Positions 48,018 through 58,626 of a stretch of 64,000 nucleotides of DNA are shown piece after piece (the stretch's first letter is position 1; each line of letters opens with the position of its first letter). The translations under genes were made by a program, and so were the position numbers. The stretch covers positions 340,678-404,677 of the forward strand of contig CP132909.1 of assembly GCA_031446125.1 (NCBI GenBank), written 5' to 3'. The notes beneath the pieces were generated by a model. It was given only the letters and a program-made list of their open reading frames with translations, did no database searches and was not told where the DNA came from. This DNA comes from Arsenophonus sp. GTDB taxonomy: Bacteria > Pseudomonadota > Gammaproteobacteria > Enterobacterales > Enterobacteriaceae.

Positions 48018-48599
48018 TTAGAATTTTATTAATTCATCTTCTTTTATCTTCAATTCTTCATCAATTTTTTTTATAAAACTATCAGTTAATTTTTGAATAT
48101 CATTTTGAGCAAAACGTTCATCATCTTGACTAATTTTTTTATATTTAAGTAAAGACTTAATTTTATCATTAGCTTCACGTCTTATATTGCGAACAGAAAC
48201 TCTGGCAAATTCAGCAGAATTACGTACAATTTTTATAAAATTTTTACGCCTTTCTTGTGTTAATGGCAATAAAGGAACACGAATTATTGTTCCTTTTGAG
48301 CAAGGATTTAAACCAAGATCTGATTCGATAATAGCTTTTTCAACCGATTGAACTAATGTAGGTTCAAAAACAGTAACTGCTAATGTACGTGCATCTTCGG
48401 CAATAACATTTGCCAATTGTTTTAATGGAGTACTGGTTCCGTAATATTTTACAAAAATACCGTCTAATAAGACTGGAGATGCACGCCCAGTACGAACTTT
48501 ATTCATTTGTATTTTTAACACTTCAATATTTTTTTGCATACGTGCTTTAGTATCTTGTTTTATTTTATTAATCACATATAAATCCTTTAAAGAAATCAT
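48018..48599 (-). CDS. frr: Ribosome recycling factor
   Basis: [15 protein letters not shown] and [13 protein letters not shown] are visible. The track start at 48617 is a TTG. The ATG at 48599 is preferred and gives 193 aa. Confidence 0.94.
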   Translation of the reverse strand: MISLKDLYVINKIKQDTKARMQKNIEVLKIQMNKVRTGRASPVLLDGIFVKYYGTSTPLKQLANVIAEDARTLAVTVFEPTLVQSVEKAIIESDLGLNPCSKGTIIRVPLLPLTQERRKNFIKIVRNSAEFARVSVRNIRREANDKIKSLLKYKKISQDDERFAQNDIQKLTDSFIKKIDEELKIKEDELIKF

Positions 48600-48687
48600 G
48601 ATTATTGAGTTTACCAAAAGAAAATCAATATAATTTTTTATATAAATAAATGATAACCGATAAATCTATTAAAATTATATTTTTAAA

Positions 48688-49416
48688 CTAATTATTAGTA
48701 ATCAAAGTACCTTCATTTCCACCAACTACAATACGAGACAAAATATCAGGTTTATTAACATTAAAAATCCGAATCGGCAAATTGTGATCTCTTGCTAAAG
48801 TAAATGCAGCTAAATCCATAACTTTTAATTCACGCTCTAAAACATCTTGATAGGTTAATTTATGATAAAGTACTGCATTTAAACTTTTTGACGGATCTGA
48901 TGAATAAATACCGTCTACTTTAGTAGCTTTTAAAACAATATCAGCTTCGATTTCTATACCTCGTAAACATGCCGCTGAATCTGTTGTAAAAAAAGGGTTT
49001 CCTGTTCCTGCTGCAAAAATAACAACTTTACCATTAAGAAGTAAACTAATAGCTTCTAAGCAACTATAATTACTGCAAACACCATTTAATGGTATTGCAG
49101 ACATCAATTCGGCATTGATAGATACACGTTTCAAAGCATCACGCATAGCTAATCCATTCATTACTGTAGCTAACATACCCATATGATCACCAACAACACG
49201 ATTCATTCCAGCCTTTGCTAAACCTTCACCTCTAAATAAATTACCACCACCAATAACAACACCAACCTGTATACTTAATTGTACTAATTTTTTAATTTCA
49301 TTTGCCATGCGATCTAACACTTTAGTGTCAATACCAAAATTTTTGGAACCCTGCAAAGCTTCACCACTAATCTTCAGCAAAATACGTTGATATACTGTTT
49401 TTTTACTGGTAAACAT
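48688..49416 (-). CDS. pyrH: UMP kinase
   Basis: 242 aa. [21 protein letters not shown] and [13 protein letters not shown] are visible. Confidence 0.96.
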   Translation of the reverse strand: MFTSKKTVYQRILLKISGEALQGSKNFGIDTKVLDRMANEIKKLVQLSIQVGVVIGGGNLFRGEGLAKAGMNRVVGDHMGMLATVMNGLAMRDALKRVSINAELMSAIPLNGVCSNYSCLEAISLLLNGKVVIFAAGTGNPFFTTDSAACLRGIEIEADIVLKATKVDGIYSSDPSKSLNAVLYHKLTYQDVLERELKVMDLAAFTLARDHNLPIRIFNVNKPDILSRIVVGGNEGTLITNN

Positions 49417-49645
49417 CTTTTTTATCCTAAAATAGATAAATAATAAAAATATTTTTTTAAAAATAAAAAATACTTGTTATGTATACATGTAACTTTTAAA
49501 AATCTAAAAAATACTATTAGTAAATATTACAATATTTACTAAATTATATATGAATTATTATATATTTTATAGTATTTCTTAAAAAAGAAGTATTTGCATA
49601 CAATTTACCATAACTATCAAGTAAGACAAAAATTTTATTCGTTTT

Positions 49646-50461
49646 TTAAATAATTTCACTTTCACCAAGTTCAATACGTGTAAAATTAAGAACATTTATT
49701 TTTTTTTCTTTTAAGAAAGTACCAACAGTTTTACTGGGTTCTATAACAAATTGTTGTCCAGTTAAAGAAATTCCTTCAAGAAATTTTTTTATACGTCCTT
49801 TTACTATTTTTTCTACAATATTAAAAGGTTTACCAGATTTCATTGCTATAGCTAATTGAATTTCTCTTTCATGAGAAATAATATCTGTGGGGACATCTAG
49901 TGGATTAAGATACTCTGGTTTGCTTGCTGCAATATGTATTGCAATATGTTTAAGAATTTCTTCATCTGCATTTTTAGCAGCAGATACAAGAACACCAATA
50001 CGAAAACCATGCAAATAAGATCCTATTTTTTCACCTTGAAGAATTTTAATGCGATTAATTTTAATATTTTCACCAATCTTATTAATGATTTCTTCAAGTC
50101 GGTCTTGAAATTTTATTCTTAATTCATTAATATCAAAAACATTATTTTTTATAACAAATGTTAATATTTGATTTGAAAATTCAAAAAAAATTGAAGACTT
50201 AGCTACAAAATCTGTCTCGCAATTCAATTCCAACAAAGCAGCAATTTTTTTATCCATAGAAACTTTTAACATTATAATACCTTCAGTAGCAATACGATTT
50301 GCTTTTTTTGCTGCTTTTGCTTTACCTGCTTTACGCATATTATCAATAGCTATATTTATATTACCATTAGCTTTTACCAATGCTTTTTTACAATCCATCA
50401 TGCCAACACCAGTACGTCGACGCAACTCTTTTACTAAAAGAGCAGTAATTTGTTCGGACAT
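49646..50461 (-). CDS. tsf: Elongation factor Ts
   Basis: 271 aa with the N-terminal UBA-like [20 protein letters not shown]. Syntenic downstream of rpsB. Confidence 0.93.
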   Translation of the reverse strand: MSEQITALLVKELRRRTGVGMMDCKKALVKANGNINIAIDNMRKAGKAKAAKKANRIATEGIIMLKVSMDKKIAALLELNCETDFVAKSSIFFEFSNQILTFVIKNNVFDINELRIKFQDRLEEIINKIGENIKINRIKILQGEKIGSYLHGFRIGVLVSAAKNADEEILKHIAIHIAASKPEYLNPLDVPTDIISHEREIQLAIAMKSGKPFNIVEKIVKGRIKKFLEGISLTGQQFVIEPSKTVGTFLKEKKINVLNFTRIELGESEII

Positions 50462-50564
50462 ATAATTTATTCCTAAAACTATTTAATATACTATTTTATA
50501 GTAAAATATATTTTTTTTTATTAAATACTACTTTTAACTAAAAACATTTTTTTATCATAAATAT

Positions 50565-51278
50565 TTATCCATTTTTTTCTAATTGAACAATTTGATTTTT
50601 AAATTTATCTTCTTGAATAGCTTTCACTACAGAATTTAAATAAAGTTTAATGGCACGAATTGCATCATCATTACCAGGAATAACATAATTAACACCATCT
50701 GGATGAGAATTTGTATCAACAATTGCAAATACAGAGATTCCAAGATTATTTGCTTCTTTTATAGCAATATTCTCATGTTGCGCATCAATAACAAATAAAG
50801 CATCAGGCAAACCACCCATTTCTTTAATACCACCTAAACTTTTTTCTAATTTATTAAGTTCACGAGTACGAATCAAAGCTTCTTTTTTTGTTAATTTCTC
50901 AAAGGTACCATCCTGAGATTGTATTTCTAAATCTTTTAAACGTTTAATAGATTGGCGAACAGTTTTCCAATTAGTTAACATACCACCTAACCACCGATGA
51001 TTAACAAAATATTGTTCGCAATTATTTGCTGCCTCTTTTACAGATTCACTGGCTGCACGTTTAGTACCTACAAATAAAATCTTACCTTTTCGTGAAGCAA
51101 TTTTACTTAATTCAAGTAATGCTTCATGAAACATTGGCACAGTTTTTTCTAAATTAATAATATGCACTTTGTTAAGTGTACCAAAGATATATTTTTTCAT
51201 CTTTGGGTTCCAATAACGAGTTTGATGACCAAAATGCACACCTGCTTGAATCATATCAGTCATGGAAACAGTAACCAT
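50565..51278 (-). CDS. rpsB: 30S ribosomal protein S2
   Basis: 237 aa. [19 protein letters not shown] and [12 protein letters not shown] are visible. Confidence 0.97.
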   Translation of the reverse strand: MVTVSMTDMIQAGVHFGHQTRYWNPKMKKYIFGTLNKVHIINLEKTVPMFHEALLELSKIASRKGKILFVGTKRAASESVKEAANNCEQYFVNHRWLGGMLTNWKTVRQSIKRLKDLEIQSQDGTFEKLTKKEALIRTRELNKLEKSLGGIKEMGGLPDALFVIDAQHENIAIKEANNLGISVFAIVDTNSHPDGVNYVIPGNDDAIRAIKLYLNSVVKAIQEDKFKNQIVQLEKNG

Positions 51279-51774
51279 TTAAACCTCTATAATTTTAGTA
51301 AAATGGCGCAATATTTTTATAACATCTATTTATTAACTTATTAGTTATAAATTTTTTTATTATAGAAAAATTACGGAAAATATATTTTGATTATCTATAT
51401 TTTTTTTAAAATATAAGTATATAAAACATAAGTATTACATTCATTTATATATTTAAAAATACAAAAAACTACTTTTAGTATATCATAAAATAACACAAAA
51501 ACTATATACTCGTGTTCTGAACATCTACAATATTAATTATATCAAATGAATATGAACGAAATGTATTTAATTTTTTTTATAAAATGATTGCTTTTAAAAA
51601 AAATAGCATTATATCTTAAATTTAATATTTTATAAAAAAAATTATTTTTTTATATATTACAAACTAATTGCAACTTCTTTACATGATTATTAATTTTGAT
51701 TATATACAAAATACCAAAAAATAAGTTGATTAAAAATATATTATTACTTCAATTAATAAAGCAGGTAAAAATTT

Positions 51775-52572
51775 ATGACTATTTCAATAAAAACTGAAAA
51801 AAATATTCAAAAAATGCGTCTTGCCGGACACTTAGCAGCAAAAGTGTTACAAATGATTGAACCTTATATCAAACCAGGGATTTCTACTGGTGAACTTGAT
51901 CGTATTTGCCATTCATATATTGTTGACAAACAAAATGCTATTCCAGGATGTTTAAACTACAATGGTTTTCCTAAATCTATTTGTACTTCTGTTAATGATG
52001 TGGTTTGTCATGGTATTCCTAACGATAAAAAAATTTTACAAGCAAACGATATCATTAACATTGATATCACTGTTATTAAAAATGGATTTTATGGTGATAC
52101 TTCTAAAATGTTTTTTGTTGGAAAACCAAATATACAAAGTAAACAATTATGCAAAATAACTCAAGAAAGTCTATATCTTGCATTAAAAATAATTAAGCCA
52201 GGTGTTCCTTTAAGGAAAATAGGACATACAATTCAAAAATTTGTTCAAAAACATCACTTTTCTGTAGTACGTGAATATTGTGGGCACGGTATTGGCCAAT
52301 TTTTTCACGAAGAACCTCAAGTCTTACATTATGATGCTGATGACGGTGGAATTCTATTAAAAAAAGGAATGACTTTTACTATCGAACCAATGATAAATAT
52401 TGGAAGCCATCAAACTAGAATAATGAAAGATGGTTGGACAGTTAAAACAAAAGACAAAAGTTGGTCAGCACAATATGAACATACTGTAGCTGTTAATGAA
52501 AAAGGATGTGAAATTTTAACATTAAGAGAAGAAGAAAAACCATTTATTTCAACTATATTAGTAAACACATAA
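51775..52572 (+). CDS. map: Methionine aminopeptidase (type I)
   Basis: 265 aa. The metal-ligand context is conserved: VCHGIP, DITVIKNGFYGDTS, CGHGIG, FTIEPM, YEHTV. Confidence 0.96.
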   Translation: MTISIKTEKNIQKMRLAGHLAAKVLQMIEPYIKPGISTGELDRICHSYIVDKQNAIPGCLNYNGFPKSICTSVNDVVCHGIPNDKKILQANDIINIDITVIKNGFYGDTSKMFFVGKPNIQSKQLCKITQESLYLALKIIKPGVPLRKIGHTIQKFVQKHHFSVVREYCGHGIGQFFHEEPQVLHYDADDGGILLKKGMTFTIEPMINIGSHQTRIMKDGWTVKTKDKSWSAQYEHTVAVNEKGCEILTLREEEKPFISTILVNT

Positions 52573-53417
52573 TTTTAAAATTATTTACCTAAAATAATTA
52601 ATGGTACGTTTTTGATAAAATCAATAATTTATTCATAATAAATAAACTTTTTATTTATGATAAATAATATTGATTCATGGAAGACACATACATATTATTT
52701 ATTTAAATTATAATTTAATTATAGTAAAAATATTGTGATTAAAAATTATTATAAATTTTGTTATATCACTTAGATTTTAAATATAAAATTAATAATAATG
52801 TATGTGTTTTTTTTAAAATAAAAACTAATTTATTGTAAAATTTTTAAAATTTATTTTAAATGACATGCTATTAATATAAATTATTGATTTTATTTTTATA
52901 AAAGTTTTTAAAAAATCCTAAAATACAGATCACTTTATATTAATAAATAAAATTTTATATGTTATTTTTCATAAGATTTTTATATTGATTTATAAAAATT
53001 ATAAATTTATATTATCAAATAAAATATTCAAAAATACCTAATATACTATCAAATAAATTTTAAAAATATTAGTATTAAGCTTTATTTTAAAAAAATAATT
53101 CTTAAGTTTTATAATTCATAGCTGATCAATTATATCAAAAAAAATAATTTTATATTAATATCTAATTTACATCCTATAAAAATTTTAATTTGATCATAAA
53201 TTATTAACCAAAATTTATTAATTGTTACAAACAAATATTAAAATATAATAATATTTTCTAAAATGAAAATTGATATTTTGAAAAAAATAACTTAAAAAAT
53301 TTAGTAAAAAAAAATAATAATACATTTTAAAAAAATAAAAAATAATTAATAATTATTATTATTTATATAAATAAAGAAATACAAAAATTTATTTAAAATG
53401 TACAGGTAAAATAATTT

Positions 53418-54242
53418 ATGCAAACAAATAAAAATATTATTGAATGTGCTTTTGAATATCGAACTGAAATTACACCTTTTAATAATGATATAAAGTTAAA
53501 AAATGCAATTAATCAAGTAATTAATCAACTAAATATAGGAAAATTAAGAGTTGCTAATAAAGTTAATGGAGAATGGATAACCCATCAGTGGATTAAAAAA
53601 GCATTATTACTTTATTTTTGCATTAATGAAAATAAATTTATACTAGGCTCTGAAAGCCATTTTTTTGATAAAATAGAAATGAAATTTTCAGACTATAACT
53701 ATACTAAGTTCCAAACAGAAAAATTGCGAGTAGTTCCGCCTGCTACTGCAAGAAAAGGTGCATTTATAGCTAAAAATACTATTTTAATGCCGTCATATGT
53801 TAATATTGGAGCTTATATTGATGAAGGAACTATGGTAGATACATGGTCTACTGTCGGTTCTTGTGCTCAAATTGGTAAAAATGTTCACTTATCAGGTGGT
53901 GTTGGCATTGGGGGTGTTCTAGAACCTTTACAAGCACATCCAACAATTATTGAAGATAATTGTTTTATTGGCGCTCGTTCCGAAATTGTTGAAGGCGTAA
54001 TTATTGAAGAAGGTTCAGTTATATCTATGGGTGTTTACATTGGTCAAAGCACAAAAATATATGATAGAGAAAAAAATAAAATATATTATGGACGTGTTCC
54101 TGCCGGTTCAGTAGTTGTATCAGGCAATCTACCATCAAAAAATAAAAAATATAGTTTATATTGTGCAGTTATCATAAAAAAAATTGATGAAAAAACAAGA
54201 AAAAAAACAAAAATTAATGAATTAGTTAGAAATATTAAATAG
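53418..54242 (+). CDS. dapD: Tetrahydrodipicolinate N-succinyltransferase
   Basis: 274 aa, the same as E. coli. [17 protein letters not shown] and C-terminal hexapeptide repeats ([25 protein letters not shown]) are visible. Confidence 0.95.
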   Translation: MQTNKNIIECAFEYRTEITPFNNDIKLKNAINQVINQLNIGKLRVANKVNGEWITHQWIKKALLLYFCINENKFILGSESHFFDKIEMKFSDYNYTKFQTEKLRVVPPATARKGAFIAKNTILMPSYVNIGAYIDEGTMVDTWSTVGSCAQIGKNVHLSGGVGIGGVLEPLQAHPTIIEDNCFIGARSEIVEGVIIEEGSVISMGVYIGQSTKIYDREKNKIYYGRVPAGSVVVSGNLPSKNKKYSLYCAVIIKKIDEKTRKKTKINELVRNIK

Positions 54243-55066
54243 TATTTAAATTTAAGATACAACATATTATTGATTTTTGATTTAAAAAATTACATAATTA
54301 AAATATATATTTCTTTTAATTATCTTATATACAAATTAAATATAAATCATTAATAATATTATAGATATAATAAAATAATATTTTAAAATATAATACTGCA
54401 ATATACATTTATATAAATTTTTCATTTATTTTTGATATTTATCACAATAAATAGAATTTTTCAAGAAAATGTTTAATCTATGTAATATATAAAAATAATT
54501 AAATTTAGTATAACAAATATTATTCTCTCAATAAGATATTAATATTGTCTAAATAATTTAAAGATTGTTTTTCTGTAAATTTAAAAAATATTTTTTACAA
54601 CATATACTATTTCCATTAAACTATTCATAAATGTATCGAATCAATTTTATCGTATTTAGATAATTGATATATTAATGAAAGAAACTTAATAATTATTGAT
54701 CAAAAAATAAAAAAATTCATTCATAATATTTTGTTACTTTTAATAATTTTATTAACTGCCTATATTTTCTATAAAAAGTAAAAATTATATATTTTTCTGC
54801 ATAAAAATAACATATTTTTCAAAATGTTAATAAATCTTAAACAAAATTATAATATAATTATTTTTATAAATTTAAAAATGTTTAACATATTAAATATAAC
54901 AAAATTAAAAATTTAAATTTTTAATGATAAAAAAATTTTAACAAAATCAATAATTAGTCTTCAATATTGCGAAAGTATTTTTTAAATAAAAAATTATAAA
55001 AATAATATATTAGATTAATGATTATTATATTTATTAAAATAATTAAAAGAAATTTTATCTTTTTTA

Positions 55067-55102
55067 CTACAAATACCAATATAACTATAAATACCAATAT
55101 AA
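55067..55102. repeat. Tandem duplication, 2 x 18 nt (ctacaaataccaatataa / ctataaataccaatataa)
   Basis: Read directly from the sequence: two adjacent 18-nt units that differ at one position, inside the dapD-amiC spacer. Confidence 0.7.
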
Positions 55103-55267
55103 TTAATAATAACTATTCATTTAATTAAAATATTTACAATCAAAACTTTAAGAAATAATTTAATAATCAATTTTAATAAAAAAATAAAATTTTTAAATAA
55201 AAAATAATCATTATTAATATTTTTATAAAATAGAAAAATCATATATTTACTTTAAAGTTTATGACTT

Positions 55268-56542
55268 TTACTTTTCAATAGAAGCAAAATTTTTTATTTT
55301 AATATTGCTAAAATAAGATTTAATACCTAAAAAAATTGATTCAGCTATTTGTTGTTGAAATTTTGCTGTTTTTAATTTCTTTTCTTCTTCTAAATTACTA
55401 ATAAACGCAGTTTCAACAAGAACAGAAGGAATTTCTGGGGCTTTTAATACTATAAAACCTGCTTGATCAACAATATTTTTATGCAATTGATTTACATGAG
55501 CTATTCTATGAAGAATCTCTCTACCAATTTTTAAACTATCATTAATAGTAGCTGTTTGAACTAAATCAAAAATAGTATGATCTAAATATTTATCACCACT
55601 TTTACTAATACCACCACCAATGAAATCTACTTGATTTTGTATTTCAGCCAAATAACGTGCCGTATGACTGCTTGTTATAGCTTTTGTAGAGAATGCAAAA
55701 ACAGAAGATCCTTTGGCTTTACGATTAATCACAGCATCAGCATGAATAGATACAAACAAATCTGATTGCATTTTTTGAGCTTTAGCAACTCTTATTTTTA
55801 AAGGAATAAATACATCTTCATTACGTGTCATATAAACTTTCATGTTAGGTTCAGTATTAATTAACATTTTTAAACGTCTCGCAATCTGTAATACAATATC
55901 TTTTTCACGAGTATTATGTTTTCCTATTGCACCAGGATCTTCTCCACCATGTCCTGGATCAATCATAATTGTAATTAACTTATTTTGTTGATTATTTAAT
56001 CGTTTTCCTATCTTTTTTTTTCTAAAAGATAAGCTTTTATGAGATTTATATTGATTAAACTTTTCTAATTTTTTTAATAAAATTTTATCATTCAATCGAA
56101 TACTTGAATGAGGCGAAAAATTAATTACTAGTCTATGTTTAAAATTTTTAATAGGAGAAACAGTAAATATTTGTACGCCAAGATGCATTTTTACTTCAAA
56201 AACTAATCGAATCGTATTATGATTAAATAATCCTACTCTAATTAATTTTAAATAGCGATCATTTGAATTAATTTTTTTGTTAACATCTTTTAATACACGA
56301 TTTAAACGAACATTTTTTAAATCTACCACAATACGATCAGGAGAAGATAAAACAAAGTGATAATATTCAAAAGTAACATTTGATTCTAAAGTTACTCTAG
56401 TATAAGAAGATGAAGACCAAATACGAATAGCCACTATATTAGAAGACAAACCAAATACTAATGGACTAATCATCAGTAATAAAATTACGTATAATCTTTT
56501 TAGCAGTAATTGTGGTGAAAAATTATTTTTAAAATAATCCAT
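55268..56542 (-). CDS. amiC: N-acetylmuramoyl-L-alanine amidase AmiC (AMIN domain plus amidase_3 domain)
   Basis: VAIRIWSSSSYTRVTLESN (AMIN), IMIDPGHGGEDPGAIGK, NMKVYMTRNEDVFIPLKIRVAKAQK..DLFVSIHADA and KLKTAKFQQQIAESI closely parallel E. coli AmiC rather than AmiB. It lies next to recD as in E. coli. The ORF stays open to the ATG at 56614 (448 aa). The ATG at 56542 (424 aa) fits the E. coli length of 417 aa better. Confidence 0.88.
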   Translation of the reverse strand: MDYFKNNFSPQLLLKRLYVILLLMISPLVFGLSSNIVAIRIWSSSSYTRVTLESNVTFEYYHFVLSSPDRIVVDLKNVRLNRVLKDVNKKINSNDRYLKLIRVGLFNHNTIRLVFEVKMHLGVQIFTVSPIKNFKHRLVINFSPHSSIRLNDKILLKKLEKFNQYKSHKSLSFRKKKIGKRLNNQQNKLITIMIDPGHGGEDPGAIGKHNTREKDIVLQIARRLKMLINTEPNMKVYMTRNEDVFIPLKIRVAKAQKMQSDLFVSIHADAVINRKAKGSSVFAFSTKAITSSHTARYLAEIQNQVDFIGGGISKSGDKYLDHTIFDLVQTATINDSLKIGREILHRIAHVNQLHKNIVDQAGFIVLKAPEIPSVLVETAFISNLEEEKKLKTAKFQQQIAESIFLGIKSYFSNIKIKNFASIEK

Positions 56543-56781
56543 CAAAGATCTACTTAAAAACATCAAGTTATTATAACTTATTGAATTATATTTACAAAGA
56601 AAAAAAAAAGTCATTATTTTTTATAACTAATAAAAAATAATGAATTTAATAATATAGGAGAAAATACCATTTAAAAAACAAAAAATTTTTGTTATGAAAT
56701 AATTATTTTTCTAAATACTTATTAAATACAAAAAATATATTCTTAATCATATTAAAAAACACTCATGATTATTTATATAAT

Positions 56782-58617
56782 TTAAAATAATCGTTCAGTT
56801 AAACCACTGCATCTTCTATTAGTAATCATTATCGACTTAATAAAAACATTTTTATTTGCATAAATTGTTATTCGCTTTTTTGCCCTAGTAATTGCAGTAT
56901 AAATTAATTGTTTATTTACAATAGAAAAAAAATCTGGAGGTAAAACTAAAGCAACATGTTCAAATTCTGATCCCTGAGATTTATGTACTGTCATAACAAA
57001 AGCAGTTTCATAATGAGATAAACGATTAGGTGATATTTTTTTTACCAATCCATTAGGTAATTGAAAATAAGCCTTTAAAGCTTCTGTATTATCACGCAAT
57101 ATAATACCAACATCACCATTAAATAACTCAAGAGAAGGATCATTTTTAGTAATAATGATTGGACGACCTTCATAATTTTTCCATTTATTATTTAATAATT
57201 TAATAATCCCCAAACAATCTAAAATTTCTTCTAATTTATTATTTAATCCTATGACTCCATAAGGACCATCTCTCAAAGCAGACAACAAACGATAATTATT
57301 AAAAGCACTGAATATATCTTTATATTCTAAACTTGTTTTTATTATATTAAAATAGTTTTTATAAAATTTAACTATATCAAACATTAATTGATTATATTGA
57401 ACAGATGTTTTAATAGAATTAAAGATGATATCCTTTCTAGACTCTCTTAACAATTTTTTTACAGTAATAATGTTTTCTTGATTAACTGCAGTAGCAAGTT
57501 GAGCAATACTAGATTTACTATGAAAACGATAACTTTTCTTTAAAAAACAAATTTTATCCTTAACTTTTGATTTATGATCTGATATAAATTCAGATAAATC
57601 ATAACCAGTGATTCCCATTAACTGTTGAACTTTTTTTTGGCTGTATCCAAATTTTGGAAAATTACAGAGATCACTTAATACGGCTCCTGCTTCTACCGAA
57701 GATAATTGATCTTTATCTCCTAAAAAAATAACACGGGCTTTTTGAGGTAAAGCTTCAATTAATCTTGCCATCATAGACATATTTATCATAGATGCTTCAT
57801 CGACAATTAAAACATCTAATAATAATGGATTATTTTTATGATAACGTAATAATTGAGTATTTTGTTGAGCACCTAATAATCGATGAATAGTTGTAGCTCT
57901 TTTTGGCATAAGTGCATACTCTTGAGAAGATAAATCCAACTGTAATAATGCATCAGCTAACATTTCATTTACTCTAAAAGCTGCCTTCCCTGTAGGTGCT
58001 ACTAACTGAATAATTAATTTTTTATGACTTAATTTTATTAAAGTGGCTAACAAACATGCTACTGTTGCTGTTTTACCTGTACCTGGACCTCCAGAAATAA
58101 TGGATATTCTGCTTGTTAATGCAACTGCAATAGCTATTTTCTGCCAATTATATATTTTTGATGGCAAAAATAAACCATTTAATATTTTTCCTAATTGAAC
58201 TTCATCAACTATTTCTAATGTATCCTGAGAAAAAAAATCTGCTACTAATTTTTCATCAAACCACATTCTTTGAAAATAAAGTTTATTATTTGACAAAACT
58301 AATGGTTTTATTTCTATTTTCTCTGCATCAGAAACAGCATAAGATTTTTTAAGTTCAAAATAAATTTCATTATTATTAGGTGCGCCCGCTAATTTCCATA
58401 ACTTTAATGCCATTTCACTTTCTCGTCCTTGAAATAAATTACCTGAATTAATTTTATCAATAAATAAGCAAATATCTCCTAATCTATTTGCAGCACTTAA
58501 TAATGAAAATATTAATAATAATAATGGATTTTTTTCTTTTGTTAAACTCATTGCAAATCGTATATCTAAATAATTTAACAAATTCAATTCACAAGCTTTT
58601 TTCAGTAAATTAATCAT
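56782..58617 (-). CDS. recD: Exodeoxyribonuclease V alpha subunit RecD
   Basis: 611 aa versus 608 in E. coli. Walker A (ISGGPGTGKT), Walker B (VDEASM) and the C-terminal TVHKSQGSEF are visible. Confidence 0.92.
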   Translation of the reverse strand: MINLLKKACELNLLNYLDIRFAMSLTKEKNPLLLLIFSLLSAANRLGDICLFIDKINSGNLFQGRESEMALKLWKLAGAPNNNEIYFELKKSYAVSDAEKIEIKPLVLSNNKLYFQRMWFDEKLVADFFSQDTLEIVDEVQLGKILNGLFLPSKIYNWQKIAIAVALTSRISIISGGPGTGKTATVACLLATLIKLSHKKLIIQLVAPTGKAAFRVNEMLADALLQLDLSSQEYALMPKRATTIHRLLGAQQNTQLLRYHKNNPLLLDVLIVDEASMINMSMMARLIEALPQKARVIFLGDKDQLSSVEAGAVLSDLCNFPKFGYSQKKVQQLMGITGYDLSEFISDHKSKVKDKICFLKKSYRFHSKSSIAQLATAVNQENIITVKKLLRESRKDIIFNSIKTSVQYNQLMFDIVKFYKNYFNIIKTSLEYKDIFSAFNNYRLLSALRDGPYGVIGLNNKLEEILDCLGIIKLLNNKWKNYEGRPIIITKNDPSLELFNGDVGIILRDNTEALKAYFQLPNGLVKKISPNRLSHYETAFVMTVHKSQGSEFEHVALVLPPDFFSIVNKQLIYTAITRAKKRITIYANKNVFIKSIMITNRRCSGLTERLF

Positions 58618-58626
58618 ATAATTTTT

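Noticed and set aside
55268-56614. Assignment of the amidase as AmiB rather than AmiC.
   Set aside because: The AMIN and catalytic-domain strings match the E. coli AmiC sequence much more closely than AmiB. The AmiB proline-rich linker is absent. The gene is next to recD, as amiC is in E. coli.
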